The notes beneath the pieces were generated by a model. The model was not told the origin of the DNA, did not search any database, and saw nothing but the letters and a program-made list of their open reading frames with translations. Shown piece after piece: positions 11,974 through 22,854 of a DNA stretch of 64,000 nucleotides; position 1 is the first letter of the stretch, and each line of letters starts with the position of its first letter. The stretch spans positions 26,651 to 90,650 of the forward strand of contig JAISJB010000005.1 in NCBI GenBank assembly GCA_031261715.1, written 5' to 3'. Source of the stretch: Endomicrobium sp. (GTDB lineage: Bacteria; Elusimicrobiota; Endomicrobiia; Endomicrobiales; Endomicrobiaceae). The position numbers and the translations under genes are program-made.

Positions 11974-13251
11974 TCAAATAAGTAAAAATTTACTTAAATT
12001 ACTTATTGAAATTGTTATTTGCTTTCTATTGTTCATATACTTTATTATTACTTTATGATTACAGTATTCTTCTTTCGCAAAAATAATTGTTTTAGAAATA
12101 CCTATTTGATTTGCAAACTTTAATTGCTTTGTCAAACTAATGCTATCTATAGGGGCCAAGAGGGTAATGTTATGCTTATGTTGCAATAATGTTTTTCTAA
12201 GTAATGTATAATAGTAAAAAGCTTCTTTTAATAGTTCTTTGTCAGCAAGAGCTATAAGTATTTTCTCATTAGGAGTAGACTTGTTAATTAGTAGAGTCTT
12301 TTGTACTGTTCTTAAGACTCGTTCTACTCCAAATGCAAAACCAACTGCAGGTGTGTTTATTTTACCTTCGCTTAGTTCATTAACAAGATTGTTATATCTA
12401 CCACCGGCAGCTAGAACACTTTGTGCATTATCCTCATCATTTATAGTATTAATTTCAAAAATTGTTTTTGTATAATAATCTAATCCTCTAACAAGTTTAT
12501 TATTAATATGATATTTGCAATTTCCACTTTTAAGCAATAATTTTAATGTATTAAAATGGTTGATACAATTATTACAAAGATAATTCGTTATTTTGGGAGT
12601 ATTGATGAATTTTATTGTATCTAATTTACAGTCAAGTAATCGAAACGGATTTGTGTCTAATCTACTTAAACAATTATCACATAAATCTTTTTTCATAGAG
12701 TAAAAATATTTAACAAGAATTTTTTTAAACTTAGGTCTACAATGTTGACAGCCTAACGAATTTATATTGATGTTAATATTTTTTATTCCTATATACGCAA
12801 GTATATTTTGTGCAAGTGTAATAATCTCAGCATCAGCAATAGGATTGTCGTTTCCAAAATACTCAGCACCTATCTGATGAAATTGTCTATATCTTCCATT
12901 TTGTGGCTTCTCATATCGAAACATTTCTCCTATATAAAAAAATTTACCAATAGTATTTAATACATTCATTTTATGTTCAATAAATGCTCTAGCAATAGAT
13001 GCAGTTCCTTCTGGACGTAAAGCTAATTTTCTACCTTTTTTATCATTAAAAACATACATTTCCTTTTCAACAATATCAGTTATACTTCCTATTGCTCTAA
13101 TAAACAAATTAGCTTCTTCGAACATAGGTGTTCTAATTTCTTCAAATCCATTTTTAGTAAAAATATTTCTAGCGTACTTTTCTAGTAAATTAATAGCAAG
13201 AACATCCTCACCAAAAATATCATGTGTCCCCCGTGGCGCTTTATAGATCAT
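11974..13251 (-). CDS. hisS: Histidine--tRNA ligase
   Basis: PRGTHD, LRPEGTA, FRYEKPQNGRYRQFHQ, RGLDYYT, AGGRY, GFAFGVER. Confidence 0.98.
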   Translation of the reverse strand: MIYKAPRGTHDIFGEDVLAINLLEKYARNIFTKNGFEEIRTPMFEEANLFIRAIGSITDIVEKEMYVFNDKKGRKLALRPEGTASIARAFIEHKMNVLNTIGKFFYIGEMFRYEKPQNGRYRQFHQIGAEYFGNDNPIADAEIITLAQNILAYIGIKNINININSLGCQHCRPKFKKILVKYFYSMKKDLCDNCLSRLDTNPFRLLDCKLDTIKFINTPKITNYLCNNCINHFNTLKLLLKSGNCKYHINNKLVRGLDYYTKTIFEINTINDEDNAQSVLAAGGRYNNLVNELSEGKINTPAVGFAFGVERVLRTVQKTLLINKSTPNEKILIALADKELLKEAFYYYTLLRKTLLQHKHNITLLAPIDSISLTKQLKFANQIGISKTIIFAKEEYCNHKVIIKYMNNRKQITISISNLSKFLLI

Positions 13252-13862
13252 TTTCCTTTATCCATAGTTATTATACCAATAGAAATAATTGTTTTAAATG
13301 CTTGTTCTACTGTATAATTTGTATATAGTATATCTTCTTCTTTAAAGAATAACAAGAATCCAGTAGTAGGATTAGGAGTTGTTGGCATAAATACAGATAA
13401 ATATTTATCTTTGTTAATTTTTTGCTCTCCTGTTACAAAAGCAACACTATATATTTTGGTATTAGGATATGGTATAAAAACAACTTTTTTAAATTGTCTA
13501 CTAGAATTTTTACAAAATATAAAGCTTATAAATTGTTTTGCTGTTGAGTGTAATGCTCCTACAATTGGAATTTTTTTAATAAGTTTTTCTATATATGTAC
13601 TTATTGTGTGACCAACTCTGAGATTTATAATAACTCCTACAATTATTATACTTACTATTGAAATAAAAAAACTTAATACTCTTAGTGGTAATGATATATT
13701 ATATTTACAATGAACTAGCAAATAACTAATTAAATAAAAGCTAAAATTACTTATCCATTTAATGAATATAATCAATACAGATAGTATAACCCATATTGGA
13801 AAGATTACAATCAAGCCAATAATCAGATATTTTTTTATTTTTTTGTTATATTGTTTAATCAT
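13248..13862 (-). CDS. DUF502 family membrane protein
   Basis: Two TM helices, KIPIVGALHS and VFMPTTPNPTTGFL signature. Confidence 0.88.
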   Translation of the reverse strand: MIKQYNKKIKKYLIIGLIVIFPIWVILSVLIIFIKWISNFSFYLISYLLVHCKYNISLPLRVLSFFISIVSIIIVGVIINLRVGHTISTYIEKLIKKIPIVGALHSTAKQFISFIFCKNSSRQFKKVVFIPYPNTKIYSVAFVTGEQKINKDKYLSVFMPTTPNPTTGFLLFFKEEDILYTNYTVEQAFKTIISIGIITMDKGK

Positions 13863-13934
13863 ATCTCTTATTATTATGTATAATATATATTATACATAAA
13901 ATGCTTAGTCTTCACATATATAGTCAGACTAATT

Positions 13935-15944
13935 ATGACTAAAAATAGTAATATAAAAAAATTGTCAATTTGTTTAATCTTCATTTTTATTTATATAGTA
14001 ATAAAACTTACGCTTAATATTTATGACAGTTTACCTTCTATACAACAATTAGATAATTATGTTCCTAATTTATCTACAAAAATATATGACAGGAATAATA
14101 ACTTAATAGCAGAATTATTTACAGAAAGAAGAACCCTTGTTAACATATCTGATATACCATATAATTTGATAAATGCTTTTATTGCTATTGAAGATCAAGA
14201 TTTTTTTAAGCATTGTGGTATATCAATAAAAGGAATTATCAGAGCTATATGTAAGTTATTATTAAAAAGAAAAATTGTAGAAGGTGGCTCAACAATAACA
14301 CAACAACTTGTAAAGATTTTGTTTTTGACTGGAGAAAAAACTGTAATTAGAAAGATTAAAGAAATATTGTTATCTATTCACCTTGAAAGACATTACTCTA
14401 AATATGAAATTTTACAACTTTATTTAAACCAAGTCTATTTTGGCAATAGAACATATGGAGTGCAGGCAGCGGCAAAACTATATTTTAATAAAGACGTAAA
14501 AAATTTAAGTCTTGCAGAATGTGCAACGCTTGCTGCAATACCAAAATCTCCAAATTATTATAATCCTTTTAATAATGACGTTGCAATGCTTAAAAGACGT
14601 AATATTGTTTTATATAAAATGAAAAAACTGCATTTTATTACAGATAAGCAAGCAATAGCAGCTTATAAACAAAAACTACCAAACAATACAAATATAAATA
14701 ATCAGACTGGCAAGTATATTATAGAAATTATAAGCAACTTTATTGAAAAAAAATATGGTAAAAATACATTATTAAATTCAGGATTATCTATTTATACAAC
14801 TATTGATCTACATGCTCAAATGATGGCTGAAAAAATACTTAATGAAACTTTGTTAAAGTTTGATGAGAACAAAGGTATAAACAATATAAATCAAGTTCAA
14901 GGAGCTCTTATCTCACTTGATATAAATAATGGTGAAATTTTAGCAATGGTTGGTGGTAGAAATTTTCAAAAATCACAATTTAATAGAGCAACCCAAGCTA
15001 CAAGACAAGCTGGGTCGTCATTCAAACCATTTATATATTTAACTGCTCTAGAAAATGGTTTAACTGCATCAACAATATTAAATGATGTTCCTATAGTCTT
15101 TATATACAATAATAATGAATGGGAGCTAATGCCTATAGGTAATAAAATACATGAAAGAAATTTAGTTAATAAAAATACAGTATGGAGCCCTAAAAATTAT
15201 AACAATAAATATAGAGGGAAAATAATTCTTAAAATGGCTTTGGCACTATCTATTAATACTTGTGCTGTTGAACTTATTCATCGTATAACTCCAATTAAAG
15301 TTATAGCAATAGCAAAAAAATTAGGTATATCAACAAAATTAGATAATTCTTTAACTTTAGCTTTAGGAGCTAGTGATGTAATTTTACAGGACATGGTTGC
15401 AGCTTTTGCAACTTTTGCTTCTGGAGGAATAAAAAGCAAACCTTATATTATAAGAAAGATATTTGATAAAGATGGTAGATTAATAGAACAATTTGAACCT
15501 TATAGACAAGAAGTTCTTTCAAAACAAGTATGCTTTATTATAACAGATATGTTACAAGAAACAATAGAAAAGGGTAGTGGATGGTATGCTAAAAATTTAA
15601 ATAGACCATGTGCTGGAAAAACTGGAACTACAAATAATTCAAGTGATGTTTGGTTTATAGGGTATACTCCACAAATTGCTACTGGAGTTTGGGTTGGATA
15701 TGATAATAGAATGTCACTTGGCCCAAGAGTGACTGGTGGCAATCTTGCATGTCCAATATGGACTAAATTTATGAAGGAAGCTCTTATTAAAGAGCCTATT
15801 TTAAAATTTAAACAACCTAATAATATTAAATGTAGTTTAGTAGATATAAAAACTGGAATAGAAATAACAGAGCAAGATACAAATATTGATTCATCAAGAG
15901 TAGCTTTGTTAAAAGAGAACGAACAGGATGATACATATAATTGA
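13935..15944 (+). CDS. mrcA: Class A penicillin-binding protein (PBP1A family)
   Basis: Glycosyltransferase motifs AIEDQDF, GGSTITQQLVK, RKIKE, YLNQVYFG; transpeptidase motifs SSFK, SIN, KTGT. Confidence 0.93.
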   Translation: MTKNSNIKKLSICLIFIFIYIVIKLTLNIYDSLPSIQQLDNYVPNLSTKIYDRNNNLIAELFTERRTLVNISDIPYNLINAFIAIEDQDFFKHCGISIKGIIRAICKLLLKRKIVEGGSTITQQLVKILFLTGEKTVIRKIKEILLSIHLERHYSKYEILQLYLNQVYFGNRTYGVQAAAKLYFNKDVKNLSLAECATLAAIPKSPNYYNPFNNDVAMLKRRNIVLYKMKKLHFITDKQAIAAYKQKLPNNTNINNQTGKYIIEIISNFIEKKYGKNTLLNSGLSIYTTIDLHAQMMAEKILNETLLKFDENKGINNINQVQGALISLDINNGEILAMVGGRNFQKSQFNRATQATRQAGSSFKPFIYLTALENGLTASTILNDVPIVFIYNNNEWELMPIGNKIHERNLVNKNTVWSPKNYNNKYRGKIILKMALALSINTCAVELIHRITPIKVIAIAKKLGISTKLDNSLTLALGASDVILQDMVAAFATFASGGIKSKPYIIRKIFDKDGRLIEQFEPYRQEVLSKQVCFIITDMLQETIEKGSGWYAKNLNRPCAGKTGTTNNSSDVWFIGYTPQIATGVWVGYDNRMSLGPRVTGGNLACPIWTKFMKEALIKEPILKFKQPNNIKCSLVDIKTGIEITEQDTNIDSSRVALLKENEQDDTYN

Positions 15945-17150
15945 TTAATCTGATAAAAGTAATCCAGTTCCATGGCATTTTGTACATAACATCATATTTA
16001 AAACTGAAAGTAAAGATTTACGTTTTCTTGCTCTTGTCATTTCAATTAAACCTAAACGTGTTATAGGCCATATTTTTATTTTAACTCTATCAGTTTTTGT
16101 ATATTTACACAATTGGTTAAATACTACAGTTCTATTTATTAATTTTTTCATATCAATAAAATCAATAATAATTATGCCTCCAATATTCCTTAATCGTATT
16201 TGTCTTGCAATTTCTTTTGTTGCTTCAAGGTTTGTATGTAAAGCTGTATCTTCTTGTATTAATTTTGATGTGAATTTCCCACTATTAACATCGATAACAG
16301 AAAGATATTCTAATTCTTCTATCATTAAATAGCCACCAGAATGCAATTCTACTTTTTTTGAATATAATTTATTTATATCTTTTTCAATATTATATGCTTT
16401 AAATATTGGAACATTGGTGTTTTTATATGATACAACTTTACTGTATAACTTTGATTTAACATCTTTTAAATACTTTTTAGTATTTAAAAATATTTCTTTG
16501 GAATCTATATGTATAATTGCAATATTATTAGAATAGTAGTCTCTTATAACTTTAATAAGTATATTAAAATCTTCATATAATACCCCACTTGAATGTACAT
16601 ATTGAAATTTATGTAATACTGATCGCCAAATATTAACTAAATAATGTAACTCACACTCAATTTCTGTCAAACTAGCCTGTTGAGAACTAGTTCTAATGAT
16701 TAATTTACCTTGTATAGAAGATATCTTTTGTAACTTTAAAATTGAGTTTAGCAATGTAGTTCTAATAGAGCCTTTAATTTTTTTAGATATAGTAACGCCT
16801 ATATCAAATGGAATATATATTAAAAACCTGCCTGGGATAATAATATTTTTAGTTATTTTAGGGCACTTGGCCCCTATAGCATCTTTATAAACTTGAACTA
16901 AAACTTCTTGGCCTACATATATGTTATGCGTATTTTCAATATGTAAGTATGCATTTTGTTTATATCCAATATCAACAAAAGCAGCATTTAAAGCAGGTAT
17001 AATATTTTTAACTTTACCTTTATAAATATTATTTAATATATTGCTATAAGATGGTAGTCTATCTATAAATAAATCTATTAGAGTATTATTATCAAGTATA
17101 GCTATTTTTATTTCGTTATTTGTAACGTTAACTATTATTTCTCTTTTCAC
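15945..17150 (-). CDS. rng: Ribonuclease G/E family, ending just after the Zn-link
   Basis: NIYKGKV, AAFVDIG (S1), IIRT 5'-sensor, VIDVNSG, RLRNIGGIIIIDFIDM, EMTRAR, CTKCHGTG; GTG start. Confidence 0.92.
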   Translation of the reverse strand: MKREIIVNVTNNEIKIAILDNNTLIDLFIDRLPSYSNILNNIYKGKVKNIIPALNAAFVDIGYKQNAYLHIENTHNIYVGQEVLVQVYKDAIGAKCPKITKNIIIPGRFLIYIPFDIGVTISKKIKGSIRTTLLNSILKLQKISSIQGKLIIRTSSQQASLTEIECELHYLVNIWRSVLHKFQYVHSSGVLYEDFNILIKVIRDYYSNNIAIIHIDSKEIFLNTKKYLKDVKSKLYSKVVSYKNTNVPIFKAYNIEKDINKLYSKKVELHSGGYLMIEELEYLSVIDVNSGKFTSKLIQEDTALHTNLEATKEIARQIRLRNIGGIIIIDFIDMKKLINRTVVFNQLCKYTKTDRVKIKIWPITRLGLIEMTRARKRKSLLSVLNMMLCTKCHGTGLLLSD

Positions 17151-17161
17151 AATTTAAGTTA

Positions 17162-19678
17162 TTATATTGTATATAAATTACCAGATCTTGTTTCAATAAA
17201 TAAATTACTTCTTGTTATAGAAAACAATAAAGCATTATATCCAAGTAAATTTAAAATAATTTCAGGTCTTATAAATGCACCATTATGAATTCTTATTTGC
17301 AATCTTACAATATCATTATCTCTTTGCAAACATCTAATTATTGTTTTTATATTAACTGTAATATTCTGTCCGTTCTTTCTTTTTTGATTAATGATAATTT
17401 CATTTCTATCAAGAAATTTAGAAATTTTATTTTGCGATATAACTTGTTTTGTATCATGTATTTCATATTCTGTAATATTAATCAAAGTATTTAGACTAGG
17501 AAAAGTTTTAGGCACAACTTTTAGTTTAATTAGTTTCATATCGCTTGGTAATACATTAGATACCTGTTTTTTTACAATTCCAAGATTAACTTTTTGAGTT
17601 AAATATAAATCCATATATTCACTATAACTTTCATATCCAACAGGTAGTGGAGGCCCATATGATGACTTAACTTTTGGATTAAATCCACTAGTTAATGCTA
17701 TAGGTAATCCAGCAATCTTAGTCAATCTCCTTAATAAATTAACTTGATCTAAATGAGATATAAATTTTATCATACCACGTTTTGAAAAACATAATTGCAA
17801 TCTTGTAATAGTAGATTGATATTTATGTTGATAATTATTGTTTTTAATGATCAAATAATGATGTTTATTTTTATTAATGGCACTTTCACTTAAAGTATAT
17901 GAATTGTTTGTTGTTAACTTAATAACCTCGTTTATACCTTGCTGATAATCATTAAATAATGTTTTTTTTGATATGCCAAAGAATAAATGATCCCATGGTA
18001 AGATCTCACTATAATTTTTTGTTGCATGTATATAATCATCTAATTTAATTCCATGTTGAATTAATGTTTCTTTCCAAATATTTATTTTACATTTATCAAC
18101 CCATTGGTCAAATTTTGCCCCTTTTTGCCATACTTCATAAATAATTTTAGATAGTTTCCTATTACCTCTAGCTATTAAAGCTTCAAAAAAGCTTGCTTCA
18201 TAATTATGAATCCTTACAGTTTTGGTTATAGGTAAAAGTAGTTTATTAATTAAAGCTATTTTACGTGATAACTCTTTCATTGTATTCATTGCTACCCATT
18301 GAAATGGAGTCTGTGCTTTGGGTATAAAAGGTGAAATTGTCACATTTAAATTGATGCTTTTTGCTTGTTTTTTTATTATCTTTAAAAGATAGCTTATATT
18401 AATTATATCATCATCAGTTTCTGTAGGTAGGCCTATCATAAAATAAAGTTTTATAACTTTCCATCCCATTGAATAAGCTGTCAATATAGTTTCAATTATT
18501 TGATTATCAGAAATGTATTTACCTATTACATTACGTAGCCTTTCCGTTCCAGCTTCAGGTGCTAACGTTAGCGCTGGCTTCTTTATATAATTTTGACTAA
18601 TGTATTTTAAAAGCTTTGTAGTTTTAGCATTGCATCTTAATGAGGGTAAGGAAATACTATAATATGGGTCAGCAAAAATTTGCTTTGTTTGAATTAATAA
18701 ATCCTCAAAGTATTGATAATCACTACATGATAACGATGCAAATGTCATTTCTTCAAATCCCATAGGCATGTTATCTTGAATAATTCTTAGTACATTGTTA
18801 AGATCTCGTTGTCTCCATGGATAATAATATTTAGAGGCTTGACAAAACCTACATCTTCCAAGACATCCTCGTGCAATTTCTATAGTCATTCTATTATGAA
18901 CAATATCCATAAAAGGTAATATTTTCTTTTTAGGAAAATATGAACTGTTTAAATTAGTAATACGCTTTGTTACAATAGGTTTAATATTTTTTAATATTGT
19001 TTTCACAGATGTAATATTAGTATTATTATGATTATAAGTAACATGATAAAATGAAGGTATGTAAACTCCTTGTATTTCTGATAGTAATTGTAATTTTTCT
19101 ATTTTTGATAATTCACAATGTTGAAAATGCTTATATATTGTTAAGATATCTACTATAGTGTCTTCACCGTCCCCTAAAACAAATAAATCAAAAAAATCAC
19201 AAAATGGTTCAGGATTAGTTAATGCAGGGCCTCCAGCAATTATTAATGGATCATGATCACTTCTATCCTTTGAAAAAACATTTATATGAGATAAATTAAG
19301 TATATTTAAAATATTAGTAATTGCAAGTTCACATTGAATTGTAAAGCCAATAATATTAAAATTTTTTAGACATATTTTAGATTCTAAGGAAAATAATGGA
19401 ATGTTATTATTTCTAAGAATTATTTCCATATCTTCTCCTGGAGCAAACACTCTTTCGCATATAGCAAGTTTTTTCTCGTTAACTAAATGATAAAGAATTT
19501 CTATTCCTAAATTTGAAGCCCCTATTTCATAAAGATCGGGAAAACACAAAACTATAGATACATCATTACAATGTTTATTATGATGATACGAATTAATTTC
19601 TCCATTTATATACCTTGCTGGTTTTTGAATAGATTTTAATATATCATTTATATTTATTTGTTTAGTTTCCAGTTTCAT
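17162..19678 (-). CDS. Radical SAM protein (TIGR03960-like) fused to a DUF2344/TIGR03936-like domain
   Basis: KPARYINGE, FPDLYEIG, RGCLGRCRFC (CxxxCxxC), APEAG, LYFMIGLPTE; C-terminal FISHLD...GFNPKVKSSYGPPLPVG. Confidence 0.9.
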   Translation of the reverse strand: MKLETKQININDILKSIQKPARYINGEINSYHHNKHCNDVSIVLCFPDLYEIGASNLGIEILYHLVNEKKLAICERVFAPGEDMEIILRNNNIPLFSLESKICLKNFNIIGFTIQCELAITNILNILNLSHINVFSKDRSDHDPLIIAGGPALTNPEPFCDFFDLFVLGDGEDTIVDILTIYKHFQHCELSKIEKLQLLSEIQGVYIPSFYHVTYNHNNTNITSVKTILKNIKPIVTKRITNLNSSYFPKKKILPFMDIVHNRMTIEIARGCLGRCRFCQASKYYYPWRQRDLNNVLRIIQDNMPMGFEEMTFASLSCSDYQYFEDLLIQTKQIFADPYYSISLPSLRCNAKTTKLLKYISQNYIKKPALTLAPEAGTERLRNVIGKYISDNQIIETILTAYSMGWKVIKLYFMIGLPTETDDDIINISYLLKIIKKQAKSINLNVTISPFIPKAQTPFQWVAMNTMKELSRKIALINKLLLPITKTVRIHNYEASFFEALIARGNRKLSKIIYEVWQKGAKFDQWVDKCKINIWKETLIQHGIKLDDYIHATKNYSEILPWDHLFFGISKKTLFNDYQQGINEVIKLTTNNSYTLSESAINKNKHHYLIIKNNNYQHKYQSTITRLQLCFSKRGMIKFISHLDQVNLLRRLTKIAGLPIALTSGFNPKVKSSYGPPLPVGYESYSEYMDLYLTQKVNLGIVKKQVSNVLPSDMKLIKLKVVPKTFPSLNTLINITEYEIHDTKQVISQNKISKFLDRNEIIINQKRKNGQNITVNIKTIIRCLQRDNDIVRLQIRIHNGAFIRPEIILNLLGYNALLFSITRSNLFIETRSGNLYTI

Positions 19679-19694
19679 AATTATGTAAAATCAA

Positions 19695-20633
19695 TTAACA
19701 AGGATATGAGCTTAACCATTCTTGCTTTTGCAATATACACCACTTATGATCAATATCTTGCTGTATTTTATCAATAATATGTGAATTTTCTGGTTTTAAA
19801 AGATGTTTAAAACGATCTTGACATTTCAAAAACTCTATTATTGGTTTTGGTGGATTAGGTTTGATGTTAATTTTATAAATACCATTTTCAACTTCATAAG
19901 CAGGCCATACGCAAGTTTCAACTGCAAGCTTCCCTATGTTAATAGTTTCTTCAGGAGGATACCCCCAACCTAGTCTACACGGAGTTAAGATATTGATAAA
20001 CGATGGACCATATATAGATAATGCTTTTTGTACTTTTGTGATCAAATCATGCCAATTGCCAATATAAGTTTGTGCAACATATGGTATATTGTGAGCTATC
20101 ATAATTTGAGTTAAATCCTTTTTACTTTCTGTTTTACCTTGTTGTATTCTACCAACAGGAGCAGTAGTTGTACGTGCTCCAAGAGGAGTCATTCCTGATC
20201 TTTGTACTCCTGTATTCATATATGCTTCGTTATTGTAACATATATAAAGCATCTTATGTCCTCTTTCCATAGCACCAGATAGCGCTTGCAATCCTATATC
20301 TGCAGTGCCTCCATCCCCACCAAAAGTTATAAAAACTATATCTTCTTTTAATTTTCCTTTTTCTTTTAAACTTTTATATGCAACCTCAATTCCACTGCAC
20401 GTTGCAGCAGCATTAGAAAATGCACTATGAAAAAACGAATCTTTCCAAGCACTATATGGAAAGATTGTTGTTGATACTTCTAAACAACCAGTAGCACTTA
20501 TAACTATAACATGTTTCTTCCCAGCAGCTAATAGAACTTGTCTAGCTACGATAGCTGCTCCACATCCTGCACATAATCTATGACCACCAGTGAAGCGTTC
20601 CTGTAATGTACTTAATGTTTGTAAGTTTATCAT
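19695..20633 (-). CDS. porB: Pyruvate/2-oxoacid:ferredoxin oxidoreductase beta subunit
   Basis: GHRLCAGCG, TGC, GGDGG TPP-binding motif, YNNEAYMNTG, LTPC. Confidence 0.93.
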   Translation of the reverse strand: MINLQTLSTLQERFTGGHRLCAGCGAAIVARQVLLAAGKKHVIVISATGCLEVSTTIFPYSAWKDSFFHSAFSNAAATCSGIEVAYKSLKEKGKLKEDIVFITFGGDGGTADIGLQALSGAMERGHKMLYICYNNEAYMNTGVQRSGMTPLGARTTTAPVGRIQQGKTESKKDLTQIMIAHNIPYVAQTYIGNWHDLITKVQKALSIYGPSFINILTPCRLGWGYPPEETINIGKLAVETCVWPAYEVENGIYKINIKPNPPKPIIEFLKCQDRFKHLLKPENSHIIDKIQQDIDHKWCILQKQEWLSSYPC

Positions 20634-20656
20634 TACCTTACTTCTCCTTACTGTAT

Positions 20657-21862
20657 TTATTTTCTTAAATTAATATAATGGACTATACTGCAATCTTTTT
20701 GATCTTTACCCAACATTATTTGATTTAATGTCTTATAAATATTTTTAATATGTTCAATAGTGATTTCTCTTCCACCTAACCCATAAACATAACTTATAAT
20801 TTTAGGGGTAGTAATGCCTTCTGAATACAAAGATGATACAATATCAGAATATATTGGAGAAAAAGCTCCAGAGCATGAATCACTTCTATCTAATACTGCG
20901 ATACTTTTTATGTTGGCTAAATCTATAGCTATATTGTCCTTAGGAAAAGGTCTATATACTCTGATCTTGATTAATCCAATTTTAATGTTTTGTGATCTTA
21001 ATTCATTAATTGCCATTTTAACAGTCCCAGCAGCTGATCCAATAATGACAATTGCCATATCTGCATCATCCATCATATATTTTTCATACAAATTATATGA
21101 TCTACCAAAGCATTTAGTGAATTCATTAGCTATATTAACAATTGTTGTTTGTGCATCTATCATTGCTTTTGCAATTTGATATTTATGTTCAAAATAATAA
21201 TTCTGTAAATCTAAAGACCCTAAAGTATATGGATTTTTTATATCTAAAAGATATCTTTCTGGAGTATATTCTCCTATAAATGATTTAACAGCATCATCAT
21301 TATAAACTTCAACTAATTCCATACAATGAGAAATAATAAATCCATCCATAGTTACAAGTACAGGTAATTTTGTTTGTTCAGCAATTCTAACTGCCTGAAT
21401 TATATTATCATAAACTTCTTGAACACTTTCAGAATATATTTGTATCCAACCTGAATCCCTAGCACCCATAGTATCAGAATGATCACAATGTATATTGATA
21501 GGGGCTGAAATAGCTCTATTCACTGCAACCATTACTATAGGTAATCTTAATCCTGATGCAATATATAACATTTCCCACATAAAACACAAACCTTGAGATG
21601 ATGTCCCTGTCATAGCACGTACTCCTGCTGCAGAAGCGGCTATGGTAGCTGACATTGCTGAATGTTCACTTTCAACTGCAATATATTTACTTTTTACAAT
21701 TCCATCTGCTACAAATTGTGAAAATATTTGTACAATTTCAGTAGCCGGGGTAATAGGATAAGCAGCTACAACATCTGGTTCTATTTGACGCATTGCTTCT
21801 GCGGCTATTTCATTGCCAGTTTTAGCAACTAATTTTCCTTTTGAAGAGAGTGGCCTAATCAT
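20657..21862 (-). CDS. porA: Pyruvate/2-oxoacid:ferredoxin oxidoreductase alpha subunit
   Basis: AAYPITP, VESEHSAM, TSSQG, NRAISAPINIHCDHSD, GLGGR. Confidence 0.93.
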   Translation of the reverse strand: MIRPLSSKGKLVAKTGNEIAAEAMRQIEPDVVAAYPITPATEIVQIFSQFVADGIVKSKYIAVESEHSAMSATIAASAAGVRAMTGTSSQGLCFMWEMLYIASGLRLPIVMVAVNRAISAPINIHCDHSDTMGARDSGWIQIYSESVQEVYDNIIQAVRIAEQTKLPVLVTMDGFIISHCMELVEVYNDDAVKSFIGEYTPERYLLDIKNPYTLGSLDLQNYYFEHKYQIAKAMIDAQTTIVNIANEFTKCFGRSYNLYEKYMMDDADMAIVIIGSAAGTVKMAINELRSQNIKIGLIKIRVYRPFPKDNIAIDLANIKSIAVLDRSDSCSGAFSPIYSDIVSSLYSEGITTPKIISYVYGLGGREITIEHIKNIYKTLNQIMLGKDQKDCSIVHYINLRK

Positions 21863-21878
21863 AAATTTTAACTCCTTA

Positions 21879-22193
21879 CTATTTATTTTCTTCTTCCATC
21901 ACAATTGCTTTAATGTTACATACATTAGCACATATACCACATCCCTTACAATAAGTATAATTAATTCCACTTACAATTGTTTTATTACTTTTTGATATAA
22001 GTTTTATAGAAGAATCTGGACAATAAATCCAACATATTAGACAGTTAATGCATTTAGTATTATTCCAGATTGGTTTTCGTGAACGCCAATTTCCAGTGCA
22101 AAACGTAGATGCTGTTCCGGCTTCTACAATGTCTCCGATTGGAATAGTAGTAGCTGTCGTATATTTATCTTTTTTTTCATTATATTTATCCAC
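21879..22193 (-). CDS. porD: PFOR delta subunit (2x[4Fe-4S] ferredoxin-like)
   Basis: TGNWRS..P, CINCLICWIYCP, CKGCGICANVC; GTG start. Confidence 0.93.
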   Translation of the reverse strand: MDKYNEKKDKYTTATTIPIGDIVEAGTASTFCTGNWRSRKPIWNNTKCINCLICWIYCPDSSIKLISKSNKTIVSGINYTYCKGCGICANVCNIKAIVMEEENK

Positions 22194-22231
22194 TTGTATT
22201 TTGTTGACTCCTTATAATATTAAATTAACTT

Positions 22232-22822
22232 TCAATTATTTTTAACTTCTTGAAAAGCACGACTAATTGCATTCAAATTGCCATTGACAACTTCAGGCTT
22301 ATTTCTAAATTTATCTAATAATTTATTTTTTACACTATTTAAAGACATATTCAAATCTATGTTACCTACAATTTTAATTAATGCACCAAGCATAGGAGCA
22401 TTAGGAATATTCTTACCTACTGTTTCAATAGAAATATTACTTGCATTTACTACATAAATATTATCTTTATTAAAATGTATTTTCATTGAAACTGCATATG
22501 AACTGAGAGCAGTATTAATAATAATTTTGCTAGTACATTTTAATCCGCTTGTAACTTGATTAGATTCTAATAGTGATGAATCAAGAACTACAACATAATC
22601 AGGATTTATAATATTTGAATGGATTGTTATTATATTTTTGCTAACTCTATTAAAAGCTTGTACTGGAGCACCCATTCTTTCAGGCCCATACTCTGGAAAA
22701 GCTTGAATATAATATTCTCCAGTTTGTATAATAATTTCAGCAAATAACAGTGCAGCAGTTTTTGCTCCTTGTCCTCCACGGCCATGCCAGCGAATCTCAG
22801 TTATTTTATGTTCTATTGACAT
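22232..22822 (-). CDS. porC: PFOR gamma subunit
   Basis: EIRWHGRGGQGAKTA, AFPEYGPERMGAP, PNAPMLGA. Confidence 0.93.
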   Translation of the reverse strand: MSIEHKITEIRWHGRGGQGAKTAALLFAEIIIQTGEYYIQAFPEYGPERMGAPVQAFNRVSKNIITIHSNIINPDYVVVLDSSLLESNQVTSGLKCTSKIIINTALSSYAVSMKIHFNKDNIYVVNASNISIETVGKNIPNAPMLGALIKIVGNIDLNMSLNSVKNKLLDKFRNKPEVVNGNLNAISRAFQEVKNN

Positions 22823-22854
22823 AATTAAATTAAATCTCCTTTTATAATAGCAAA

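Noticed and set aside
15500-15973. 157-aa minus-strand ORF as a possible frameshifted continuation of RNase G
   Set aside because: It is the antisense shadow of the PBP1A transpeptidase domain and shows no resemblance to the RNase E/G small domain.
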